Below, piece after piece: positions 50,748 through 60,376 of a DNA stretch of 64,000 bases (the stretch's first letter is position 1; every line of letters begins with the position of its first letter). The translations under genes were made by a program, and so were the position numbers. The DNA is from a virus, in IMG/VR virus record IMGVR_UViG_3300020456_000005; one strand, 5' to 3'. The notes beneath the pieces were generated by a model. The model did no database searches. It had not been told where the DNA came from and saw nothing but the letters and a program-made list of their open reading frames with translations.

Positions 50748-51152
50748 ATGACTATCAATTTTAATCGCTATGAAGAGTTTGTTTCAGAAGTCACTTCGGA
50801 GGCTTCAACAAACTTTGTTGATTTCGCTGATCGTATTGGCGAGTTGGATCGTGAGGGTGCCAATATTGAGCGTCTTCTTACTGCTGGTGTTGGGATTAAT
50901 GCTGAAGGGGGTGAGTTTCTTGAAATCATTAAGAAGATGGTTTTCCAAGGAAAACCTTGGAACGAAGATAACCGTGAGCATCTTATTATTGAGTTGGGTG
51001 ACCTTCTATGGTATGTCGCTCAAGCAACAATGGCATTGGATGTCTCTTTTGATGAAGTCATTGAACGGAATGTGAAAAAACTAGAGAAACGTTATCCTGG
51101 CGGTAAGTTTGAGATCAAACGATCTGAAGTCAGGGCAGCAAATGACCGATAA
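50748..51152 (+). CDS. mazG: MazG-like NTP pyrophosphohydrolase
   Basis: EGGEFLEIIKK, ELGDLLWY, KLEKRYP. Confidence 0.92.
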   Translation: MTINFNRYEEFVSEVTSEASTNFVDFADRIGELDREGANIERLLTAGVGINAEGGEFLEIIKKMVFQGKPWNEDNREHLIIELGDLLWYVAQATMALDVSFDEVIERNVKKLEKRYPGGKFEIKRSEVRAANDR

Positions 51153-51160
51153 TGTAACAT

Positions 51161-51196
51161 CCTCCCCTCTAAATAACTAGACGGGGAGGTTTTTTT
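51161..51196 (+). promoter_or_regulatory. Terminator-like hairpin with late-promoter core in the loop and RBS in the 3' arm
   Basis: CCTCCCC-TCTA-AATAAC-TAGA-C-GGGGAGG-T7-ATG. Confidence 0.75.
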
Positions 51197-52348
51197 ATGG
51201 CTTATAATTTAATACCGTCTACGTTTTCTGATGCAGGTTCTTCTGTAAAGCATATGGATAATGCTGCAGCAGCAGAAGCATTGAGGTTATGGAATTATCT
51301 TGTCACTACATATGGCATGGAGAATCCTCTTGCATTTAATCCGAGTAACAAAAAAGCAGTAAAGATTGCTAGAGCATTACAGACAGAATTTACAAAGGCA
51401 GAGATAAAAAGGAAACTAAAACTAACCTCTCTCAATTTTGACTTTGGTGATGGTAGTAGAGGTAATCGTGGTACAGGTAATAGAGGTAATTTATTTGAAG
51501 AACAACTAGAAGCAGGTATCAATGACTGGATTGAAAATCCAGACGACTTAGCGAGTAACAAATACAAAGATTTTATTTACGGTTTAGTAAAACATTATCA
51601 CCTTGAGGATTGTATTGCAATAAGAGTAATTGCAGAAGGTGCAGAAAATAAACCTAGACCTATGAAGATTGTCAATGGACATTGGCAAATAGGAACTGCG
51701 TCACCATCAACTGGATATAATATTGGTGCTACAGTTACTGACTTAACTTTAGAATCTAAGTGTAAAGGAAAACCATTGCACAAATATTACCTCTCATTAA
51801 AGATGAGTGGAACTACTAATCTATCTAATCTGGGATTGAAGAAAGAAGTATTTCCAGTTGATCAAGTAAAAGCATCTCAGATTACAACCGAAGCTGGTAA
51901 AGCTTTGATGAAAACTTTTGGATTAGATGAAGAATTATTTTGTAGAACTTTTAATGAATACCAATCAGGGAATAGGAACTTTAAAGTATTAGATTCTTCT
52001 CCAAACTATAACAAGGCATTGTTGAAAGAACTTATCAAAGGTTCCTTGGGATATGGATTCCATTATGTTCATCTTAACAAAGGTAAGATAAAACATATGG
52101 AAATTGATGAGGCATTTTTGAACAAAGCATCCAGTGCTAGTAATGTATCAATATCATATGGTGGTGAAACTGGTGGTGCAAAGAGAGTCAATATTAATCT
52201 GAAAACTCCACTGCTTGACATGTCTTTCAACATAAGAAATACTTCAGATAAAGGGTCTGCTGCAGATCCAGATCGTGTATACCCAGACAAGTTACAGTCA
52301 GGATACAAAATGAAGGGTGAAAGTATTGCAACGGTATTTAACGACTAA
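51197..52348 (+). CDS. Hypothetical protein, possible PD-(D/E)XK nuclease fold
   Basis: GNLFEEQL...VTDLTL...YYLSLK pattern; fold is inferred. Confidence 0.5.
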   Translation: MAYNLIPSTFSDAGSSVKHMDNAAAAEALRLWNYLVTTYGMENPLAFNPSNKKAVKIARALQTEFTKAEIKRKLKLTSLNFDFGDGSRGNRGTGNRGNLFEEQLEAGINDWIENPDDLASNKYKDFIYGLVKHYHLEDCIAIRVIAEGAENKPRPMKIVNGHWQIGTASPSTGYNIGATVTDLTLESKCKGKPLHKYYLSLKMSGTTNLSNLGLKKEVFPVDQVKASQITTEAGKALMKTFGLDEELFCRTFNEYQSGNRNFKVLDSSPNYNKALLKELIKGSLGYGFHYVHLNKGKIKHMEIDEAFLNKASSASNVSISYGGETGGAKRVNINLKTPLLDMSFNIRNTSDKGSAADPDRVYPDKLQSGYKMKGESIATVFND

Positions 52349-53541
52349 TGGCAAATATTAAACAACTAAAACACCTAGAACATCTAGAAGATGAGATGCT
52401 TAACTATGGAGTTGAGGGTTGTAAAGCTGCTGTATCTTTTTTAAAAGAACTTCGTAAGATGTTAGGTCAGGAAGATAGTGGTGGTTTCATGCAAACCAAG
52501 TGGGATGGTGCTCCATCAGTTATATGTGGAACAGATCCTAACAGTGGAATGTTTTTTGTTGGTACTAAATCTGTCTTTGCAAAAACACCAAAGATTTGTT
52601 ATACAGATGTTGATGTTGATCTATATTATGAGGGAGATTTAGCAGAGAAATTAAAATTCTCTTTGAGATACTTTTCTACCCTAGGTATAAAAGGGATAGT
52701 ACAGGGAGACTTATTGTTTACTAGTTCAACATTAAAGACTGAAGTTATTAAAGGTGAAAAACTGCATACCTTTAGACCTAATACTATTACATATGGTATT
52801 CCTACTGACCATCCTATCGGAGTAGCAGCAGGTAGAGCAAAGATTGGAGTAGTATTTCATACACATTATAGAGGCGATGATTTTCAATCTATGCAAGCAC
52901 TTGCAGGAGCTGATGTAGATGGGTCTAATGATGCTTTAGTAGTAAAAAATGATACTCCAATGCATAAGGTTGGGTTTACATCAACTGAGATGCAAAAGTT
53001 TGATAACTACATCTCTAAGATTGAACGCATGTGTCAGATGTGTGGTGATTTTCTTGATGAATTGGTAGCAAAAACTGGTACAACAGGAGATAAAAAATTT
53101 CATATAGCATCTTACCTCAAACAATTTTTTAATAATGAAATTAAAAATGCTCGTAGCATAGGAAATGTAGATGAAGCGATGTATGACATGCTCAATTTCT
53201 ATGGTGACAAGATGGAGAAGGAACTATCAAAAATTAAAACTGTTGCGAACCTAACTGCAAAAAGAAATCTTGTATATGGCAGTCAGAATTACGTGGTAGA
53301 TAATGTATATAAATTCAAGTCAATGCTTGCTTTATATAAAGAGCTTCAGGCAGTTAAACAAATGGTTATAGATAAACTTGACCACCTAGAAGAGTTTAGA
53401 ACATACGTTCAGACTGAAAAAGGATATAAGGTTACTACTCCTGAAGGATATGTTCTTCACAAAGATGGCAGCATGATCAAGTTTGTCAATCGCATGGAGT
53501 TTGCATACAATAACTTTACTCTTCAGAAGCAATGGCGTTAA
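52348..53541 (+). CDS. Conserved phage protein (DUF6267-like) with ligase-like motifs
   Basis: EHLED, TKWDGAP, QGDL, EGYV, MIKFV. Confidence 0.6.
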   Translation: MANIKQLKHLEHLEDEMLNYGVEGCKAAVSFLKELRKMLGQEDSGGFMQTKWDGAPSVICGTDPNSGMFFVGTKSVFAKTPKICYTDVDVDLYYEGDLAEKLKFSLRYFSTLGIKGIVQGDLLFTSSTLKTEVIKGEKLHTFRPNTITYGIPTDHPIGVAAGRAKIGVVFHTHYRGDDFQSMQALAGADVDGSNDALVVKNDTPMHKVGFTSTEMQKFDNYISKIERMCQMCGDFLDELVAKTGTTGDKKFHIASYLKQFFNNEIKNARSIGNVDEAMYDMLNFYGDKMEKELSKIKTVANLTAKRNLVYGSQNYVVDNVYKFKSMLALYKELQAVKQMVIDKLDHLEEFRTYVQTEKGYKVTTPEGYVLHKDGSMIKFVNRMEFAYNNFTLQKQWR

Positions 53542-54095
53542 ATTGCAACAAGTGTTATTTTACTTTTGGTAGGTTTCAACCACCAACAACTGGACATAAA
53601 GAGAATTTTGCTGGTGTGAAACAAGCAGCAGGGTCGCACGACTATCGCATCTACATTTCACAAACTGTAGATAAGAAAGGTAGCAATCCTCTCCCACCAG
53701 ATCGCAAATTACATTACATGAATAAGATGTTCCCAGAACATCGTGGTAAAATATTTTCTGGACCAAAACAACCTGTTGCTATCCTTCAGGATTTGATGCT
53801 TGCTGGATATAATGAAGTGATATTCCTTGTAGGTTCGGATAGAGTTGCTGCTATGCAATTCCTCCATAAATATAACGGAAAGGATTTCTCATTCAGGAAG
53901 ATTGAAATAAAATCTTCTGGGAGTAGAGACGCTGATGGTGATACATTCGCTATTTCAGGAACGAAAATGAGACGCGCTGCATTTGCTGGTGACTTTAAAA
54001 CATTTCGTTCTGGCATTCCTAGAGCATTAAATGATAATGATTGCCGTGCTCTTATGCAAGAGATAAAGGCAAATTTGCCCGCTAATTTTAAATGA
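53532..54095 (+). CDS. Cytidylyltransferase-like (HxGH) nucleotidyltransferase
   Basis: FGRFQPPTTGH, VGSDR, ISGTKMR. Confidence 0.85.
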   Translation: MALNCNKCYFTFGRFQPPTTGHKENFAGVKQAAGSHDYRIYISQTVDKKGSNPLPPDRKLHYMNKMFPEHRGKIFSGPKQPVAILQDLMLAGYNEVIFLVGSDRVAAMQFLHKYNGKDFSFRKIEIKSSGSRDADGDTFAISGTKMRRAAFAGDFKTFRSGIPRALNDNDCRALMQEIKANLPANFK

Positions 54096-54304
54096 AAGAT
54101 TTCAAGAAACTGAGAGAACAAGCACTCCGCCAAGCACATCGTCAGAATGATGTGATTTCTGAGGGAGATATCGTTATGTCTGCTAGAACTGGTGACAAAG
54201 GAACCGTTCATCGCACTGGTGTGAACTATGCAATTGTGGTTACAGAGGACGGAAGGATGTTTAGAGAGTGGGTAAAAGACATTCGTGCTATAAATAAACC
54301 ATAG
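54092..54304 (+). CDS. Hypothetical protein
   Basis: ATGA coupling; GD.V..G.V.R.G.NY. Confidence 0.7.
   Translation: MKDFKKLREQALRQAHRQNDVISEGDIVMSARTGDKGTVHRTGVNYAIVVTEDGRMFREWVKDIRAINKP
54289..54296 (+). promoter_or_regulatory. Late promoter TATAAATA
   Basis: Exact consensus upstream of 54325. Confidence 0.65.
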
Positions 54305-54324
54305 AAGATCTTCAATTTTAAACA

Positions 54325-54864
54325 ATGGATAAGCAGAGACCTGTTAATAAAGTAGTGCATAATGATGCCTATTCTGCATCTCTAATGGAGATGTATACTC
54401 AATGGATGGACGGTGATTGCTTCCAAGGTAGCAATATTCCTGAGGCATTTGAGGGTATGGATCCTCAATCTCATGGTGCTGAAGTAGAGGACGTTACCAA
54501 GAAAAAGAAAAAGATTGACAAGAAAGAAAAGTCAGTTGCTGAAGAGGTTGTTCTTGAGCGTGAAGAGATTGAAGTTGATGGTGAAGTAATCATCATTGAG
54601 AAGAAGAAAGGTCTTGATGGCAAAGCTTGCTGGAAAGGTTACAAGCAAATGGGCACCAAGATGAAGGGTGGTAAGCGTGTTGACAACTGTGTTAAGGCAG
54701 GTTTTGAACCAGAAGGTGAGGAGATCAAAGAAAAGAAACTTGACCCAGTAGGTAAGGAAGATAAGGACGTTGATAATGATGGAGATCACGATAAGTCCGA
54801 CAAGTATCTTCTAGCACGTCGTAAGAAGGTCAGTAAAATCATTGGAATGAGCAAGAAAAAATGA
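54325..54864 (+). CDS. Charged hypothetical protein, possibly capsid-internal
   Basis: K/E-rich; CWKGYK..GTK.K..VDNCV and LDPVGKED.DVDNDGD modules. Confidence 0.65.
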   Translation: MDKQRPVNKVVHNDAYSASLMEMYTQWMDGDCFQGSNIPEAFEGMDPQSHGAEVEDVTKKKKKIDKKEKSVAEEVVLEREEIEVDGEVIIIEKKKGLDGKACWKGYKQMGTKMKGGKRVDNCVKAGFEPEGEEIKEKKLDPVGKEDKDVDNDGDHDKSDKYLLARRKKVSKIIGMSKKK

Positions 54865-54989
54865 AAAACTTCAGACAACTACGTGAAGAGTGTGAGTCTA
54901 AGGACAAAGAAAGGAAGTCAAAGAAGAAAACTGTGGAAGTAATGCCACAGATTAAGGATAATAACGGACAGAAGATGGGTGTTAAATAA
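54861..54989 (+). CDS. Small basic protein (42 aa)
   Basis: Manual translation MKNFRQLREECESKDKERKSKKKTVEVMP...; ATGA coupling. Confidence 0.55.
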   Translation: MKNFRQLREECESKDKERKSKKKTVEVMPQIKDNNGQKMGVK

Positions 54990-55017
54990 ATAGTTACTGC
55001 ACCTTGTAATTAAGATC

Positions 55018-55221
55018 ATGCTTTCATTTTTACTACCACTAGCATCTAAAGTCATTCGCGATGCTGTAGACAACATTCCTGAGAATGAGGAACTAGGAGA
55101 AAAACTAATTGACATTTGCCTAGCAATTCTAGGTAAGGCAGTTAAACTCACTAAGACCGAAATGGATGACCAACTTCTAGAAGTTGTAACCAAAGCAATC
55201 CAAACACGCGAAGAAGCGTGA
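55018..55221 (+). CDS. Small hypothetical protein
   Basis: TAAATA upstream, terminator downstream. Confidence 0.65.
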   Translation: MLSFLLPLASKVIRDAVDNIPENEELGEKLIDICLAILGKAVKLTKTEMDDQLLEVVTKAIQTREEA

Positions 55222-55227
55222 TAGGAC

Positions 55228-55258
55228 GGGGGACAATAGTCCCCCTTTCTTATAAATA
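55228..55258 (+). terminator. Terminator hairpin followed by late promoter
   Basis: GGGGGAC-AATA-GTCCCCC-TTT; TATAAATA 55251-55258. Confidence 0.75.
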
Positions 55259-55290
55259 AAATTTAGATAAAGTCATTTACTGGAGAACCC

Positions 55291-55581
55291 ATGTCTCTAT
55301 ACGGAAGAACTGACAGCAATGCCAACGTCACAAAGGCTGGTAGAGGCATCGCAGCGTCATCACAATCAAAAACTGTTGTCTTTGTTGATGAAACAGAAGC
55401 AGCACTATCTGTGAACAAAGCTCGTGGTATCAATGCACCTGGATGGTGGTCGTATTTTACATACACCGATTCATCTGGAGCAACACGTCACAAAGCAGAG
55501 CATTTAGTTACTCTTGCTAATGCTGACATTAATGCTAATGAAACTCAGGAAGATGATACTATCGCAGCAGATACCGAGTGA
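55291..55581 (+). CDS. Hypothetical protein, possibly virion-associated
   Basis: GGAG RBS; PGWW..RHKAEHLV; late promoter upstream. Confidence 0.6.
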   Translation: MSLYGRTDSNANVTKAGRGIAASSQSKTVVFVDETEAALSVNKARGINAPGWWSYFTYTDSSGATRHKAEHLVTLANADINANETQEDDTIAADTE

Positions 55582-55587
55582 GGATGA

Positions 55588-55944
55588 ATGAAATTTGATG
55601 AATTGAATCAGGACAATTGGGTCCTTTTTGCCATTAAAAATTATGATAATCCTCAGTCGGTTACATATGCTGACTTTGAGGAAGACATTAAAAAATTTAA
55701 ATATATTAAACGACTCCTCCGTAGGTATCACACCACGGGGGAGTTTAAAAAGCATTTGATTTTAAATCATATTATATGCTTGTATAATATGTTTGGTGAT
55801 GCAGCAACTCCGTTGTTGTTTTTTAAACTGGAGAAACCTTACTGGTCTATTCTTAAAGCATTTTTATTGTTTTTAGATAGACTTCCTCCCGCACTAAATA
55901 AGGATATAGATGACAATTGTCTAAAGGAATTGGATCTGATATGA
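55588..55944 (+). CDS. Conserved T4-like phage hypothetical protein
   Basis: FAIKNYDNP, FKYIKRLL, LILNHII. Confidence 0.75.
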   Translation: MKFDELNQDNWVLFAIKNYDNPQSVTYADFEEDIKKFKYIKRLLRRYHTTGEFKKHLILNHIICLYNMFGDAATPLLFFKLEKPYWSILKAFLLFLDRLPPALNKDIDDNCLKELDLI

Positions 55945-56639
55945 AAAACATTTCAGAAATGACAGCAGGTGACGGAAGTGGTTTGGCATTACCACCCGCT
56001 TTTGTATTTGTTAATCCTAGACAACACCGTCGTATTAAAAAGTCCAATCAAGATAAAGTTGATGGACGAACATCAGGCGCTCGTGCTCTTTTTAATCGTA
56101 TTCAACGTAGGAAAATGAAGGAAGAATTAGAAACAACTATTTCTGAAGCTGCTCCCTCTGAGACTGAGAGAGCACAGAAACAGATCGGTCAGATGAAAAA
56201 ACTGAACCGCCAAAAAGATCTGCAGAAAAAACGTGATGAAGCGAAGAAAAAAATGCAGTCCAAGACGAAAGAAATGGATGTATTAATGAAGGCACGTTTG
56301 TCTGACTTCAAAAAGAAAGCAACTTCTCAGACGAAGAAGCTTCAGAAAATGAATAACTCAGTAGAATTTACAGGTGATAACATTATGGAAAATCAAGATG
56401 TAGTGCAGGTTGCACTAGATGTGGCAACCAGCGAACTTAATCCTCAGGGCGAAACTAACTTCGCGAAGATTCAGTTTGGCGATGGTTCTACCCAGAACCT
56501 AGATAACTTTTCAGCAAAACGTATTGCTGCTTGCTATGCTCAGTTGGATGATACACATAAGCAACAGTTCCAGTACATGCTGAACAAAGATGCTACCACA
56601 TATCAATCCGCTCTTGACTTTGCTATCAGAAACGTCTGA
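55941..56639 (+). CDS. Hypothetical coiled-coil protein
   Basis: ATGA coupling; DGRT; K/Q-rich helix. Confidence 0.7.
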   Translation: MKNISEMTAGDGSGLALPPAFVFVNPRQHRRIKKSNQDKVDGRTSGARALFNRIQRRKMKEELETTISEAAPSETERAQKQIGQMKKLNRQKDLQKKRDEAKKKMQSKTKEMDVLMKARLSDFKKKATSQTKKLQKMNNSVEFTGDNIMENQDVVQVALDVATSELNPQGETNFAKIQFGDGSTQNLDNFSAKRIAACYAQLDDTHKQQFQYMLNKDATTYQSALDFAIRNV

Positions 56640-56653
56640 TTGAGGGCCTTATT

Positions 56654-57085
56654 GTGGACGACAATACCAATATAAACACAGCTATCCTTGAAAGATTGGA
56701 AAGAGTAGTTGAATCGCTACAAGAAAATTCAATTCAAATGGGTAAGTTGCTTGCCGTTCATAATGAAAAACTAGATAAACAGGACAGGATAGATGCTGTC
56801 TTGTTTGAGAAGGTAGAGAGTCTTCATCGTGAGGTTAACCGACAATCACTGGAGATAAAGAAAGGTTGTGAAAGAGACATCAGAAAAATTGATGAACGAC
56901 TTCGCCTCATGGAAAAGAAAATGTGGACTATTTTTGGTGGGCTTGCTATTATTAGTTTCATGGTTTCTCCACTCGGACAAACAATAATCAAACCAGTTAT
57001 TCAACCGTCACAGGACCGCTTGACAACTGGCACTCCTGTTGGTACACTACCTTCAGTGGTGATGCCCCTTAGTGAGTTATCTTGA
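56654..57085 (+). CDS. Coiled-coil protein with C-terminal TM helix
   Basis: Heptad pattern then WTIFGGLAIISFMVS. Confidence 0.65.
   Translation: MDDNTNINTAILERLERVVESLQENSIQMGKLLAVHNEKLDKQDRIDAVLFEKVESLHREVNRQSLEIKKGCERDIRKIDERLRLMEKKMWTIFGGLAIISFMVSPLGQTIIKPVIQPSQDRLTTGTPVGTLPSVVMPLSELS
57020..57048 (+). promoter_or_regulatory. Sigma70-like early promoter for primase/nrd operon
   Basis: TTGACA 57020-57025, 17-nt spacer, TACACT 57043-57048. Confidence 0.7.
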
Positions 57086-58061
57086 CGTTAAGTATATCAA
57101 TTTAATATCCCCTCGCCTGAATCTTTTCAGTCGCAAGAAGGCAGACCTGTACAATTTCAGGTGTCCTTACTGTGGTGACTCGCAAAAGAGACGCAATAAG
57201 GCGAGGGGATATTTGTTTAAGATTAAGAACGATTTTGTATATAAATGTCATAATTGTGGCATGGGTAGAACCTTATCAAATTTTATTAAGGATCAAGATA
57301 GTTTTTTACATGACCAGTATGTCATGGAGAAATTTAAAGAAGGTAAGTCTGGCAAAGGAACTACCGTACCCAACCCTAAATTAAATTTCAGCGAACCAAA
57401 ATTTGTTAAAAGAGATACCGATTTACAGAAAATATCGGACCTAAATAGTTCTCACCCAGCGCGAATCTATCTTGAAAAAAGAGGTATCAAAGACCTAGAT
57501 TATTTTCACTACTGTCCTAAATTTAAAGCATGGACAAATAAACAAAAGAAAACTTTTGACACCTTAAGACAAGATAGCGACCGCATCATCATCCCTTTCA
57601 AAGACAAACAAGGTAACCTTTTTGGATTCCAAGGCAGATCACTAGCCCCCAAGGCAAAGTTAAGATACATCACGATCATGCTGGACGAGGCACAACCCAA
57701 GATCTTTGGACAGGATAGAATTAATACAGAAAATCCGATCTATATTGTGGAGGGACCATTTGACTCAACCTTCTTGGAAAACTCGGTTGCTATGGCTGGG
57801 TCCGATGTTGATATTCGGACGTTTGGTTGGAGCAATTATATTTGGGTTTTTGATAATGAACCACGCAATAGAGAAATCGTCAATAGAATCTCCAAAGTCA
57901 TTGACAGAGGAGACAAGGTAGTCATTTGGCCTACTGGAATAAAAGAGAAAGACATCAATGACATGTTCTTAGCTGGACATGATGTGCAATCTCTGGTAGA
58001 CTGTAATGTCTATCGGGGATTAGAAGCAACCCTTAAATTTAACACTTGGAAGAAAGTATGA
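57072..58061 (+). CDS. g61: DNA primase gp61
   Basis: CPYCGDS..CHNC Zn ribbon, VEGPFDS, DNEPRN, KDINDM. Confidence 0.95.
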   Translation: MSYLDVKYINLISPRLNLFSRKKADLYNFRCPYCGDSQKRRNKARGYLFKIKNDFVYKCHNCGMGRTLSNFIKDQDSFLHDQYVMEKFKEGKSGKGTTVPNPKLNFSEPKFVKRDTDLQKISDLNSSHPARIYLEKRGIKDLDYFHYCPKFKAWTNKQKKTFDTLRQDSDRIIIPFKDKQGNLFGFQGRSLAPKAKLRYITIMLDEAQPKIFGQDRINTENPIYIVEGPFDSTFLENSVAMAGSDVDIRTFGWSNYIWVFDNEPRNREIVNRISKVIDRGDKVVIWPTGIKEKDINDMFLAGHDVQSLVDCNVYRGLEATLKFNTWKKV

Positions 58062-60376
58062 GCAACGGTCACGGAACAAAAGTTCGTAAGCGTAATGGGT
58101 CTGTGGAACCCTTGAACCTAGAAAAGATCCACAAGGTAGTAGAAGAAGCATGCGAAGGTCTTGGCGGGAGCATCAGTTCTTCTCAAGTTGAAATGAATTC
58201 TGGGATTCAGTTTTATGATGGTATCACCACTGCTGAAATTCAAGAGATTCTTGTGCGTTCTGCAAGTGATTTGATTAGTTTGGATGCACCTAACTACCAA
58301 TTTGTTGCTGCTAGATTGCTTCTATATGGTCTTAGTAAGCAGGTGTTTGGTCCTGAATGGACCAATGGGTATCCTCCCGTTCTAGAACATGCTACAAAGT
58401 GTGTAGAGAAAGGTATCTACGACTCTGGTATCATTGGTAAATATAGTGATGAAGAGTGGGAAGCATTGAATCGTGTCATTGATCATGACCGAGACATGTT
58501 GTTTACGTATGCTGGATTGCGTCAGGTAGTTGATAAGTACTTGGTGCAAGATCGTAGTTCTGGAGAAGTCTACGAGACTCCACAGTATATGTACATGATG
58601 ATTGCTGCAACACTATTCCAAAACTATAAAGAGGATAGACTGGAGTATGTCAGAGAATACTACAACGCAATCAGCAGACACAAAATCAACATCCCAACAC
58701 CAATCATGGCAGGGGTCCGAACACCTCTTCGTCAATTTGCATCTTGTGTTCTGGTTGATGTTGATGACACCCTCAATAGTATCTTTAGCAGTGATATGGC
58801 TATTGGCTACTATGTCTCACAAAGGGCTGGTATCGGTATTAACGCAGGTAGAATCAGGGGAATCAACGCTAAAATCAGAGGCGGAGAAGTTCAACACACA
58901 GGTGTGGTCCCCTTCCTTAAAAAGTTTGAATCAACTGTCAGATGCTGCACTCAAAACGGGATCAGAGGTGGGTCAGCGACTGTCCACTTTCCTATCTGGC
59001 ACCAAGAAATAGAAGATATTATTGTACTAAAAAATAATAAAGGAACAGAAGATAACCGTGTCAGAAAACTTGATTACTCAATCCAACTCTCCAAACTCTT
59101 CTACGAAAGATTCATTGCAAATGGAGACATCACCTTATTCTCACCTCACGATGTCCCAGGTCTTTATGATGCTTTTGGCACTGATGATTTTGATGATCTC
59201 TATACACGTTATGAATCTGATGGATCTATTCCGAAGAAAACTATCGGCGCTCAAGAACTTATTCTTGATCTCCTGAAAGAACGTGCAGAGACTGGTCGTC
59301 TATACTTGATGAACATTGATCACTGTAATAGTCATTCATCATTCAAGGATAAAGTAAACATGAGTAATCTTTGCCAAGAGATTACTTTGCCTACAGATCC
59401 CATCAATCATATTGATGATACTGAAGGAGAAATTGCACTATGTATTTTATCTGCAGTCAATGTAGGTAAACTTAAGTCTCTTGATGAACTGGAAGCACTA
59501 TGTGACCTTTCTGTTCGTGGACTTGAGGAATTGATTGACTACCAAAACTATCCAGTAAGTGCAGCAGAACGTTCTACACTTGCACGAAGAAGTTTAGGTA
59601 TTGGTTATATCGGATTGGCACATTACCTAGCAAAACATGGAGCACATTACGATGACCCAGCAGCATGGAAACTTGTCCACGACTTGTCTGAATCTTTCCA
59701 GTACTATCTACTCAAAGCCAGCAACACAATTGCAAAAGAAAAGGGAGCATGTGAATATTTCTCTCGCACCAAGTATGCAGACGGTCTCCTCCCTATTGAC
59801 ACGTACAAGCGTGACATTGATGAGTTCTGTGGAAGTGAATTGAATCATGATTGGGATTCTTTACGGTCTGACATCAAAGAGTTTGGATTGCGACACAGCA
59901 CGTTGTCCGCACAAATGCCTTCAGAGAGCAGTTCCGTTGTGTCAAATGCCACAAACGGAATTGAACCACCTCGTGGATACTTGTCCACTAAAAAATCAAA
60001 GAAGGGACCCCTTAAGCAAATTGTTCCACAGTTCACAACTTACAAGAATAATTACACGCTTCTTTGGGACATGAAAGACAATGATGGTTATATCAAAGTT
60101 GTCTCTGCTATGCAGAAGTTCTTTGATCAAGCGATCTCTGGTAACTGGAGTTATAATCCAGAAAATTATGACAACAATGAGGTGCCAGTTTCTGTTATGG
60201 CAGGTGATCTTCTAAAGACCTATAAGTATGGTTGGAAGACTTCATATTATCAGAACACATATGATCAGAAAGGAGAAGAACCACAATTAACTGACGAGAA
60301 AAAAGAATCAATTCAGAATTTGTTAGAAGACATATTTACAACCGAGGAGGACGATTGTGACAGCTGCAAAATTTAG
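58058..60376 (+). CDS. nrdA: Ribonucleotide reductase class Ia alpha subunit
   Basis: ATP-cone, SNLCQEI, MPSESSS, KTSYY, C-terminal CDSC. Confidence 0.97.
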   Translation: MSNGHGTKVRKRNGSVEPLNLEKIHKVVEEACEGLGGSISSSQVEMNSGIQFYDGITTAEIQEILVRSASDLISLDAPNYQFVAARLLLYGLSKQVFGPEWTNGYPPVLEHATKCVEKGIYDSGIIGKYSDEEWEALNRVIDHDRDMLFTYAGLRQVVDKYLVQDRSSGEVYETPQYMYMMIAATLFQNYKEDRLEYVREYYNAISRHKINIPTPIMAGVRTPLRQFASCVLVDVDDTLNSIFSSDMAIGYYVSQRAGIGINAGRIRGINAKIRGGEVQHTGVVPFLKKFESTVRCCTQNGIRGGSATVHFPIWHQEIEDIIVLKNNKGTEDNRVRKLDYSIQLSKLFYERFIANGDITLFSPHDVPGLYDAFGTDDFDDLYTRYESDGSIPKKTIGAQELILDLLKERAETGRLYLMNIDHCNSHSSFKDKVNMSNLCQEITLPTDPINHIDDTEGEIALCILSAVNVGKLKSLDELEALCDLSVRGLEELIDYQNYPVSAAERSTLARRSLGIGYIGLAHYLAKHGAHYDDPAAWKLVHDLSESFQYYLLKASNTIAKEKGACEYFSRTKYADGLLPIDTYKRDIDEFCGSELNHDWDSLRSDIKEFGLRHSTLSAQMPSESSSVVSNATNGIEPPRGYLSTKKSKKGPLKQIVPQFTTYKNNYTLLWDMKDNDGYIKVVSAMQKFFDQAISGNWSYNPENYDNNEVPVSVMAGDLLKTYKYGWKTSYYQNTYDQKGEEPQLTDEKKESIQNLLEDIFTTEEDDCDSCKI

